The notes below the pieces were generated by a model, which ran no database searches, was not told the DNA's origin, and saw only the letters and a program-made list of their open reading frames with translations. A stretch of DNA of 38,282 bases from a virus. Positions 26,530 to 33,548 of this stretch are shown here, in pieces. The stretch covers positions 1 through 38,282 of IMG/VR virus record IMGVR_UViG_3300011894_000001; one strand, given 5' to 3'. The position numbers and the translations under genes are program-made. Every line of letters starts with the position of its first letter. The first letter of the stretch is position 1.

Positions 26530-26988
26530 CTATTTAACAGTTTTATAAAATTTTATCTCATATTCTTTAGCTTGTTCAGGCGTAAATTCTCTGTCCAAAC
26601 GAAGTAAAAATAGTCCTTTTTTATACATGTATTGATTAGTCATTGGCATTGCCAAATGTACACTTTTTATATAGTTATAACGTCTATTTAAATCTGCTTG
26701 GTTTCTAAATTTTTCAATAGTCCCACCAACAAATTTTTCAGGCGGTATATCACTATCATAATAACCATCACTTTCAAACTTGGGGTCGACTTCAGGATCT
26801 GGCCATGAAACTTTTTCTATGTATTGATTAGGTCTACCTAATTGGTGATTCAAATCATTTTTTTCATCAAATGGATAGACGAACTCAACACCTTTAATTT
26901 TCATTCCAAAAACAACTTGAATAGCATCTTGTGCAGAACATACAGATGTTGCTAATAAAAAAAACAATCCCAAAAATAATTTATGCAT
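26530..26988 (-). CDS. Secreted/periplasmic 152-aa protein of unknown function
   Basis: Classical Sec signal peptide MHKLFLGLFFLLATSVCSA|QD. A 119-bp AT-rich upstream gap implies its own promoter. Confidence 0.65.
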   Translation of the reverse strand: MHKLFLGLFFLLATSVCSAQDAIQVVFGMKIKGVEFVYPFDEKNDLNHQLGRPNQYIEKVSWPDPEVDPKFESDGYYDSDIPPEKFVGGTIEKFRNQADLNRRYNYIKSVHLAMPMTNQYMYKKGLFLLRLDREFTPEQAKEYEIKFYKTVK

Positions 26989-27107
26989 TAATAAAACCTA
27001 TTATTAAAAATTTTATAAAAGACAATAATCACGATTAACAAATCCTAGATTTTGCACTAGATATTTTCTTTAGATAAGGACTAAAAATTTGAGTTTTTAC
27101 ATGTAAT

Positions 27108-27632
27108 CTACTCGAAGAATTTTCCAAACCACTCTGAGACTTTATTAAAATTTAAAACAAAGGTTGCAAATCCACCAATAAAAAAGATCGTTAGAATATT
27201 AACAAGAAAGTTTTTACCAACTTCACTAAACCACCACCCAGCTCCTTGTTTTTCTGTCATAAACCCATTGATTGTATTCACTTTTGTTTCAACTATTTCC
27301 AGTTGGGCTTTAACTTTTGAATCAAGTAGTGCTTGGTCTTCAAGGGCTGCTATTTCGGAACTTAATGCAACATTTAAAAGATTACTAACGACTATATTTG
27401 CTTGATCACGAAAACCTTTTAAAGAGGAGTCAAGTTCACATTGTGTGTGAAATGTTTCCCACTCTTGATCGTTTGGGTCTCGTTGATGGCGCGATTTTAT
27501 TTGATTAATAAAATCTATCTTATGCTTTTTATAAATTGTATAGGCAACAATACTTTCAAGATTGTACCCCTGATCATTTTCAGTAAGCCTTTGAAATACC
27601 CAGCTATATTTAGGGTCAGGAGTTTGACTCAT
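27108..27632 (-). CDS. 174-aa protein with cytoplasmic helical N-domain and C-terminal transmembrane anchor
   Basis: C-terminal FLVNILTIFFIGGFATFVLNF hydrophobic helix preceded by GAGWWF. ATGA overlap with the upstream 62-aa gene. Confidence 0.65.
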   Translation of the reverse strand: MSQTPDPKYSWVFQRLTENDQGYNLESIVAYTIYKKHKIDFINQIKSRHQRDPNDQEWETFHTQCELDSSLKGFRDQANIVVSNLLNVALSSEIAALEDQALLDSKVKAQLEIVETKVNTINGFMTEKQGAGWWFSEVGKNFLVNILTIFFIGGFATFVLNFNKVSEWFGKFFE

Positions 27633-27817
27633 AACCCTTGCATAGCCTTATTGAAAGCTGCATTCACTGCTTCCATATCTGGTTTAAAGTTACGAACAAC
27701 TTTTCGACCTTCAGCAGACAATGGGATATCTTCTGCTGTGATACCAGGATTATCACGCAGCATTTGATTAAGACGACGGACACTCTCCACAGTAAAGACG
27801 CGTTTACGTTTTTCCAT
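27629..27817 (-). CDS. 62-aa basic protein, first gene of minus-strand cargo operon
   Basis: Start moved to ATG 27817 (MEKRKRVF...), with AGGTG upstream. The track start at 27898 would lie upstream of the predicted promoter. Confidence 0.55.
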   Translation of the reverse strand: MEKRKRVFTVESVRRLNQMLRDNPGITAEDIPLSAEGRKVVRNFKPDMEAVNAAFNKAMQGL

Positions 27818-27851
27818 ACTGCACCTGATTAAATAAAAATAGTACATTGCT

Positions 27852-27883
27852 ATATTGACATAACGATTCACTATCGGCAATAT
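27852..27883. promoter_or_regulatory. Overlapping back-to-back divergent sigma70-like promoters
   Basis: Plus strand: TTGACA (27855-60), N17, CAATAT (27878-83). Minus strand: TTGCCG (rc of 27874-79), N16, CAATAT (rc of 27852-57). Each -35 overlaps the other promoter's -10. Confidence 0.45.
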
Positions 27884-27889
27884 GGAAAA

Positions 27890-27973
27890 GCACAGCAAAA
27901 TCTGTGTACAGGCCTAGGAAACCTGTTAATTTCTCAGAGAGCAGAAAAAATCCGCTCGCAGCGGCTTTTTTTT
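27890..27973 (+). ncRNA. Candidate short terminated transcript carrying boxes a1/b1 (leader or decoy RNA)
   Basis: Runs from the predicted TSS near 27890 to the 16-bp terminator hairpin. Contains GGCCTAGGAAACC (27911-23) and CTCAGAGA (27933-40), both complementary to 28041-28064. Confidence 0.35.
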
Positions 27974-27975
27974 GC
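27941..27975. terminator. Strong bidirectional intrinsic terminator
   Basis: GCAGAAAAAATCCGCT-CGC-AGCGGCTTTTTTTTGC forms a hairpin of about 16 bp, with an A-run on the 5' side and T8 on the 3' side. Confidence 0.8.
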
Positions 27976-27999
27976 CTAAAATGTCAGATCGGCTATACT
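27972..27999 (+). promoter_or_regulatory. Sigma70-like promoter for the antisense-RNA/small ORF/rha transcript
   Basis: TTGCCT (27972-77), N16, TATACT (27994-99). Predicted TSS about 28006. Confidence 0.5.
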
Positions 28000-28005
28000 T
28001 CGTTA

Positions 28006-28081
28006 TGGTAGATCGGCAGGGCAGCCTTGCGCTGGCCGTTTCTCTGAGTACGGTTTTCCTAGCCTTGTCGGTCTGCCACCA
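28006..28081 (+). ncRNA. Candidate c4/CI-like antisense immunity RNA (boxes b' and a')
   Basis: GC-rich island in AT-rich DNA. b' TCTCTGAG (28041-48) sits in the loop of hairpin CCGT/ACGG. a' GGTTTTCCTAGCC (28052-64) follows. GGCAG (28015-19) can pair with CTGCC (28073-77), followed by ACCA. a' and b' are complementary to both upstream (a1/b1) and downstream (a2/b2) boxes. Confidence 0.45.
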
Positions 28082-28137
28082 TTACCCTAGGAAAGTAGTG
28101 GGGGTAGGTTTGCTAAAACTTACTCAGAGTATTCACC

Positions 28138-28308
28138 ATGAAAAAATCTATTCATGTCATCGAGCACACGCCTATCTATGATTTAGAAGCGTTTAAACAA
28201 CGCCAGAAAAAGCGCAAAATTCACCAATTATTCAAAAACGTTATCGACACATTCACGTTCTTATGTGCAGTCTTTATGACTTTTTCTATATTATTCATAG
28301 GGGGATAA
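28138..28308 (+). CDS. Unannotated 56-codon ORF: small protein with C-terminal TM helix (icd/kil-like position)
   Basis: MKKSIHVIEHTPIYDLEAFKQRQKKRKIHQLFKNVIDTFTFLCAVFMTFSILFIGG. Below the ORF-track cutoff. Its stop is 4 nt before the rha ATG. Box b2 (28121-29) covers its weak SD region. Confidence 0.5.
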   Translation: MKKSIHVIEHTPIYDLEAFKQRQKKRKIHQLFKNVIDTFTFLCAVFMTFSILFIGG

Positions 28309-28312
28309 GCTC

Positions 28313-29119
28313 ATGACGACACTCGAATTACAAAATGCTGTATTCATTCAAAATGATCAAATCAAAACTGACAGTCTTAAAGTCGCTGAGATTTTTGGTA
28401 AACCCCATAAAGACGTATTACAAAAGATCAAAACCTTGGATTGTTCAGAGGAATTCACTGAGCGAAATTTTTCGCTCAGCGATTACTTAGATAAATCTGG
28501 ACGTTCATTGCCCATGTATGAAATGACCAAAGATGGCTTTATCTTTCTGGCAATGGGATATACAGGTGCAAAAGCAGCTCAGATCAAAGAAGCCTACATA
28601 AAGGCTTTCAACCAAATGGCTGAGCTGCTCTTAAAACAGCGAAATCAATTGCAAACAATACAAATTGGCTCAGTTGTTCAATTACGCTCAGGTAGTCCAA
28701 ATTTAACTGTAAATAATATTTTCGATGATATTGCTGAAGTGATCTGGTTTAGAGGAGGGCGTATTGTTCGCGAACATCTTCCGATTAGTTGCTTAAGTTT
28801 GGGGGAAAGCGATCAACTTGCACCAAATGTTGCAAGTTCACTTGAGTCATTTTGGTCAAACATGTACACACATGGTATTCACAACTTCAATCATAGCAAT
28901 CGTACCGATCAAATTGCGATTAACCTCACACAAGTTCTAGACCTATTCCCCAATCTGTTTAAACGTCCAGATCTAATTCAGACCCTACCTCACAGTAAAC
29001 CGCCATATCCTAAATATTTGGAACACAATATTGCAATTCAGAGTAGGTTGGAACGTAAAACGATTCGTTGTTGGATATTTACAAGTAGCCAACCTACCAT
29101 GATTGATGTCGGTCGCTAA
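28313..29119 (+). CDS. rha: Rha-family phage regulatory/antirepressor-like protein with DUF2158-like middle domain
   Basis: N-terminus SLKVAEIFGK.HKDVL..I..L......F.ERNF....Y.D..GR..PMYEMTKDGF.FLAMGYTG.KA...K.AYI.AFN.M is the pRha signature. GSVVQLRSGSPNLTV...W is DUF2158-like. Strong GGGGGA RBS. Confidence 0.8.
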   Translation: MTTLELQNAVFIQNDQIKTDSLKVAEIFGKPHKDVLQKIKTLDCSEEFTERNFSLSDYLDKSGRSLPMYEMTKDGFIFLAMGYTGAKAAQIKEAYIKAFNQMAELLLKQRNQLQTIQIGSVVQLRSGSPNLTVNNIFDDIAEVIWFRGGRIVREHLPISCLSLGESDQLAPNVASSLESFWSNMYTHGIHNFNHSNRTDQIAINLTQVLDLFPNLFKRPDLIQTLPHSKPPYPKYLEHNIAIQSRLERKTIRCWIFTSSQPTMIDVGR

Positions 29120-29124
29120 GGGGA

Positions 29125-29691
29125 ATGATGATGAACGAAAATATTATTCCCTACGTGCCCATTGCACCACGGGTTCAGGCAACCAATGAAAAAAGCCGTT
29201 TACTTTGCGAACAATTATTTTTGCTCATAGACAGTGTGACCAGTAGTCAAATCCTTTTTAACCACCAGACTGATAAGGGATTCTTATCAATTTCCCCCGA
29301 TCAAATTAATGATTTGATTGAAGAACTGTCAAAAACTAATCGTTCATTCAAAAAAATCGATATAAAGTTATTAAATTCGTCGCTAAAAGATCTTATTTAT
29401 CCTAAGTTTAATGGAGAACACACCATTATTAGCCCGATCTGGAACAACACAGAGGTACGGGTTTGGCAATTTCAATTAAATCAAATTGCTAATGGGGTAA
29501 ATATGGAACTTTTAGATAAAGATGCAGAATTGAACTTAGACATGGCTTTAAGTGCTTTACGCATTTGGCGTAATTCATTAGAAACTGGGTCTGAAAATAG
29601 AGATGTAATTTATAAAAGAAATGATCTAATTTACAAATTAATGGACTTAGAGCATCGATTGCAAATAGTCCAGCGAGAACTAGAGGAATAG
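29125..29691 (+). CDS. Hypothetical 188-aa protein
   Basis: AAGGGGA RBS, co-oriented with rha. No family recognised. Confidence 0.55.
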   Translation: MMMNENIIPYVPIAPRVQATNEKSRLLCEQLFLLIDSVTSSQILFNHQTDKGFLSISPDQINDLIEELSKTNRSFKKIDIKLLNSSLKDLIYPKFNGEHTIISPIWNNTEVRVWQFQLNQIANGVNMELLDKDAELNLDMALSALRIWRNSLETGSENRDVIYKRNDLIYKLMDLEHRLQIVQRELEE

Positions 29692-29693
29692 AT

Positions 29694-29724
29694 AAAAGGC
29701 CCACTGTAAAAGGTGGGCTTTTTT
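29694..29724. terminator. Bidirectional intrinsic terminator between the convergent rha operon and repressor gene
   Basis: AAAA-GGCCCAC-loop-GTGGGC-TTTTTT. Confidence 0.75.
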
Positions 29725-29733
29725 ATGCATTGA

Positions 29734-30078
29734 TCATTCTTTATTTTCGACTTCTTTCGCATAAACAGAACTTAAACGTAGTAAAGCTTCCTGAGCTTCA
29801 GGGCTAAGCTGTCTATATGCTTTTAATAACAAACTTTCTTCACTTGTAAGACCACTAAAGTCTGGATCAATGCCAAGCAATACATAACGGATATCTATTC
29901 CCTGTTTTTGTAGTTTTGCTAGGTAAACCCACTGATCTGGCACTTTGTTGCGGACATAGTTACCTAACGTATTTTCATGGGCATCGATACTGCGTGAAAG
30001 CGGTTTTGCTCTCAAATTTTTACGCTCCAGCTCTTCTGTGAACCTTTGTGTAATCTCTACAGCCAAATTTTCGGACAT
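29734..30078 (-). CDS. Phage repressor, HTH (XRE/CI-like)
   Basis: HTH-like segment LSRSIDAHENTLGNYVRNK. Divergent from the early operon. ATG 30078 with GGTGA SD is preferred to the GTG at 30087. Confidence 0.7.
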   Translation of the reverse strand: MSENLAVEITQRFTEELERKNLRAKPLSRSIDAHENTLGNYVRNKVPDQWVYLAKLQKQGIDIRYVLLGIDPDFSGLTSEESLLLKAYRQLSPEAQEALLRLSSVYAKEVENKE

Positions 30079-30096
30079 ATATTTCACCGATATATA

Positions 30097-30145
30097 TTGA
30101 AAGACTAAATATTTATGCTATAGTGATTCGTAGCACATCACTATA
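30097..30145. promoter_or_regulatory. Early promoter plus operator dyad in the repressor/early-gene intergenic region
   Basis: TTGAAA (30097-102), N16, TATAGT (30119-24). Perfect inverted repeat TATAGTGAT (30119-27) / ATCACTATA (30137-45) with a 9-nt spacer overlaps the -10. Confidence 0.6.
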
Positions 30146-30160
30146 ACCGTAGGATACTGT

Positions 30161-30370
30161 ATGAGTACAGAAACTTCACCTTCTAATCGTTCCCGATCAA
30201 AAAAGATCAGTGGTGGACGTATTCCATGCATTGTCTATCTACCAAAAGAGGAAGTTAAGGCAATCGATCAAGAAGTAGAGGAAACCGATTCCAGTCGCTC
30301 AAGTGTCATCGCAAGAATTTATTACTTGGGTAAAAAGCAAACTCCAAACAATGAGGACCAAAACCAATGA
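30161..30370 (+). CDS. Ribbon-helix-helix protein, probable Cro/Cox-type lytic switch regulator
   Basis: IPCIVYLPKEEVKAIDQEVEETDSSRSSVIARIY fits the RHH strand-helix-helix pattern. First gene of the early operon. Confidence 0.6.
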   Translation: MSTETSPSNRSRSKKISGGRIPCIVYLPKEEVKAIDQEVEETDSSRSSVIARIYYLGKKQTPNNEDQNQ

Positions 30371-30600
30371 GTTTGAAGAAACAAAAACGGGATAACCGTT
30401 ACAACGTCAATCTGACTAATGATGAGTCTGATCTTTTTAAAATTGTCTCACGGCTTACTGGTGTTAATCCTGGTGTAATCATGCGCCAGCTTGTAATGAA
30501 ACAGGCATTAGCATTGCTAATTGCAGAAGACATTCAAGATAACTTTAGCTTAGACAGTTACTTAAAAAAAGGCGCATCAGATCACCTTTCTAGGAGCTGA
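30367..30600 (+). CDS. Small RHH-like protein
   Basis: YNVNLTNDESDLFKIVSRLTGVNPGVIMRQLV resembles an RHH/MobC-like fold. ATGA overlap with the previous gene. Confidence 0.45.
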   Translation: MSLKKQKRDNRYNVNLTNDESDLFKIVSRLTGVNPGVIMRQLVMKQALALLIAEDIQDNFSLDSYLKKGASDHLSRS

Positions 30601-30604
30601 ATTG

Positions 30605-30787
30605 ATGCCCACACAAGAAATCGCTCTTTCGGATAAAGAGAAGGAAATTGTACAGGAAGTGCAAAAGGCCCTAGGTCTACCAACTATTGAAGAAACCATT
30701 GAGTACCTTGCCAGAGAAAGGATCCAAGAATTACTTGGAAAATTAGCAGGGCAGGAACTTAGAAAAACCAATCGGCATTTATTTTAA
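30605..30787 (+). CDS. Small hypothetical protein (possibly RHH-like)
   Basis: AGGAG lies 9 nt upstream of ATG 30605. The track used TTG at 30602. Confidence 0.45.
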   Translation: MPTQEIALSDKEKEIVQEVQKALGLPTIEETIEYLARERIQELLGKLAGQELRKTNRHLF

Positions 30788-30802
30788 GGCAGTTTATTGA
30801 AA

Positions 30803-33532
30803 ATGATGTTTCCAGAAACCAAAGCTTTAGTAGTAGAGAAGTTAAAAGATGTCTACGGCTTCAAAGTTAAGGGCAACGATAAATTGCGTGGTAGATGCCC
30901 AGACTGCAACCACAAGGAAGCATCAGCTTGGGTATATCCTGAGGAACCGTGGGTAGTTTTCTGCCCACGTAAAAACGAATGTGGTAAAGAAAACCACATT
31001 CGTGATTTATTCCCTGAGTTATTTGAAAAATGGGAAAAACGATTTGAACCCACTCCAGAAGACCCAAACAAAACTGTAAATGCTTATCTTGTTGAAGGTC
31101 GTGGATTCCCTCTAGAACCATTAAAGGGTCTATACACACAAGAAAGTATTACCCGTTATAAGCCTAAGAAAACCACTTCTATTACATTAAGGTTCCCAAT
31201 CACAGATGAAGAAGGGAATCCAGGATGGTGGCAGCGCGTTCTAGATGAACAAGGCGTTTTGCCAAAAACCACATTTAAAGAAGAATGGTCTTCAGCTGGC
31301 CACGCTTGGATGACTCCAAACACAAACTACATCGAGTCAAAAGAGATCTGGATTACTGAAGGTATCTTTGACACGATCGCTCTTTGGTTATCAGGCATTA
31401 CTAGCTTTTCAGCTTTATCTGCTGGAAATTACCCTAAAATTTTCCTCAATCACATTGCAATGAAATGTGCTGAACAAGAGCTGCCATTACCAAAGCTTGT
31501 GTGGGCATATGACAACGATAATGCTGGGCATGAGGGTATAAGAAAAAACATAGCCTTAGCTGAAGAACTCGGCTTCGAGTCTGAAGCTGCACTTCCTCCT
31601 AGTGGGCGTAAAAAAACAGACTGGAATGACCTTTATAAACAAGATCGTCTCAAGTTTTCAGATTTAGAAACTTATAAATATTACGGTTCTTTATTAATCG
31701 CTGAGAAACCTGTGGATAAAGGCATACTTATCTACAAGCGCTATGGTACCAAGTCATTTCCTTTCGATTTCAATAACTGCATCTATTGGTTCAAATTAAA
31801 CATGGATAAATACGATGACTACATGAAAGGCATCGATTTTGAACCAAATGATAATGAGGATTGGGCACAAGAGGAAAAAGACCAAGCTACATCAGAACGT
31901 CGTGAAGCAGCCATTCAGCATGCTGCAGATGTAGAAATTATGATGGAATGCCGACCACATGGCCTTTATTACCAGTATCAAAAAGAAATAGATGAAGCAG
32001 ATTATTACTTTCAAATAGATTTTCCACGCGGTGCGAAAACTATTAAGAACACGTTTAGCCCTTCACATATTTCTTCAGCACCAGAGTTTGGTAAACGACT
32101 TCTACATGTTGCACCTGGTGTTTTTTATGAAGGTAACAGTAAACAACTACTCGCTTTTTTAAAGCGTGAGCTCAAGGATATTAAACGTGTTCAGCTTATT
32201 GATTATGTGGGATATCACGCAGAACAAAAGACCTATATTTTAGGTGAATTGGCTTACCAAAGTGGCAAGCAATATACGATCAATAAAGAAGATTATTTTG
32301 AACTTCCACGCCATACCAACCTAAAGTGTAATGCTCCATTTGCATTGGAAATAAATAAGAGCCAAGAGGAGTATCAACAGCGCTGGGTTACAGACTTCAT
32401 TGACGCTTATGGCGTTAAAGGTTTAATCGGGTTAACAGCATTTTTTGGATCTTTATACGCTCAGCAGATCCGCAAAACACATAAGTCATTTCCATTCGTT
32501 GAACTAGGTGGTGAACCCGGTACAGGTAAATCAACTTTGATTACTTTCCTATGGAAGTTGTTTGGAAGGGTAAACTATGAGGGTTTAGATCCTACTAAAA
32601 CATCCAAAGCGGGTTTAATCCGTACTTTACGCCAAGTATCCAACCTTCCAGTCGTATTTATTGAATCAGATCGCCAAGGTGAAAATTCATCTAAGCAGTT
32701 CAACTGGGATATGTGCAAAACCATGTACGACGGTGGCTCATTAGGTGCCATGGGTGTAAAGGCAGGTGGTAATACAACATACGAACCACTGTTTATGGGC
32801 ACTTTAATTATTAGCCAGAATGCTGAAGTACTAGCATCTGAAGCGATTATGGGCCGTATTGTCCATGTTCATTTTTATAAAGATCAGTTAAGTAAAGCCA
32901 GTCTCCACGCCTCACGCAACTTATCAAAATATGAACCTGAGAATGTTAGCCAATTCATTCTGCAATGTTTAAGCAAAGAAAAAGACATTTTAGATGCCTT
33001 CAATATTGGCTATGAAAAATATGATGCGATGTTGCACCAGGAACAATACAACATCCAAAGCTCTCGTATTGTTCACAACCATGCCCAGCTTATGTCTCTA
33101 TTTGATGCGATGTGCCGTCATGTAATTGAAGTGCCGGCACAAGTACAAAAACAGGTGACTGAAGAATTTATCAAGATGGCTCAGAGCCGTGACAAAGTCC
33201 TCAAGTCAGATCCAGTTATTGTTCAGAACTTCTGGAACACGATTGAAGAAATGGAAGACTCCATACGAAAAGTTGAACATGCAGATAGCGTCGTAAACCA
33301 CTCGGCTAAGTCAGACATTATGGCCATCAATTTTGCTCATTTATATAAGGTCGCAGCGGATTATCGATACGCATTACCTGAAGTGAATGAATTGCAAAAT
33401 GCATTACGTCACAGCCTTCATTACCGCTTTGTTGAAGCAAATAAAGCCATACAAAGCAAAATTACCAACTCAACAAAACGATGTTGGATCTTTGAAAAAC
33501 CAACTTCACAACGGGATCAAACCCACTTTTAA
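30803..33532 (+). CDS. Bifunctional primase-helicase replication protein (Zn finger + Toprim + P-loop NTPase; P4 alpha / D5-like)
   Basis: CPDC...C zinc motif. Toprim-like EGIFD and YDNDNAG. Walker A GEPGTGKS. 910 aa. Confidence 0.8.
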   Translation: MMFPETKALVVEKLKDVYGFKVKGNDKLRGRCPDCNHKEASAWVYPEEPWVVFCPRKNECGKENHIRDLFPELFEKWEKRFEPTPEDPNKTVNAYLVEGRGFPLEPLKGLYTQESITRYKPKKTTSITLRFPITDEEGNPGWWQRVLDEQGVLPKTTFKEEWSSAGHAWMTPNTNYIESKEIWITEGIFDTIALWLSGITSFSALSAGNYPKIFLNHIAMKCAEQELPLPKLVWAYDNDNAGHEGIRKNIALAEELGFESEAALPPSGRKKTDWNDLYKQDRLKFSDLETYKYYGSLLIAEKPVDKGILIYKRYGTKSFPFDFNNCIYWFKLNMDKYDDYMKGIDFEPNDNEDWAQEEKDQATSERREAAIQHAADVEIMMECRPHGLYYQYQKEIDEADYYFQIDFPRGAKTIKNTFSPSHISSAPEFGKRLLHVAPGVFYEGNSKQLLAFLKRELKDIKRVQLIDYVGYHAEQKTYILGELAYQSGKQYTINKEDYFELPRHTNLKCNAPFALEINKSQEEYQQRWVTDFIDAYGVKGLIGLTAFFGSLYAQQIRKTHKSFPFVELGGEPGTGKSTLITFLWKLFGRVNYEGLDPTKTSKAGLIRTLRQVSNLPVVFIESDRQGENSSKQFNWDMCKTMYDGGSLGAMGVKAGGNTTYEPLFMGTLIISQNAEVLASEAIMGRIVHVHFYKDQLSKASLHASRNLSKYEPENVSQFILQCLSKEKDILDAFNIGYEKYDAMLHQEQYNIQSSRIVHNHAQLMSLFDAMCRHVIEVPAQVQKQVTEEFIKMAQSRDKVLKSDPVIVQNFWNTIEEMEDSIRKVEHADSVVNHSAKSDIMAINFAHLYKVAADYRYALPEVNELQNALRHSLHYRFVEANKAIQSKITNSTKRCWIFEKPTSQRDQTHF

Positions 33533-33548
33533 CGAAAGGAAAAACACT

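Noticed and set aside
27441-27832. 108-aa and 64-aa plus-strand ORFs opposite the minus-strand cargo operon
   Set aside because: They are antisense to ORFs that have RBSs, overlap coupling and a promoter. Their Cys/Phe-rich composition looks like junk translation.
27911-28064. Inverted repeats considered as a retron msr/msd (a1/a2) locus
   Set aside because: No reverse transcriptase gene lies anywhere nearby. The third, downstream copy of both boxes at an RBS fits an antisense-target scheme better.
27972-28181. 69-aa plus-strand ORF across the GC-rich island
   Set aside because: It starts at a non-ATG codon inside the terminator T-tract and has no RBS. The region shows RNA-type signals instead (paired boxes, hairpins, promoter).
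33387-33548. 5' extension of the 251-aa track ORF overlapping the primase-helicase gene; similar extensions at 34182, 35474, 36690, 23917 and 27898
   Set aside because: Internal ATGs with proper Shine-Dalgarno spacing just after the upstream stop codons are far more plausible starts.
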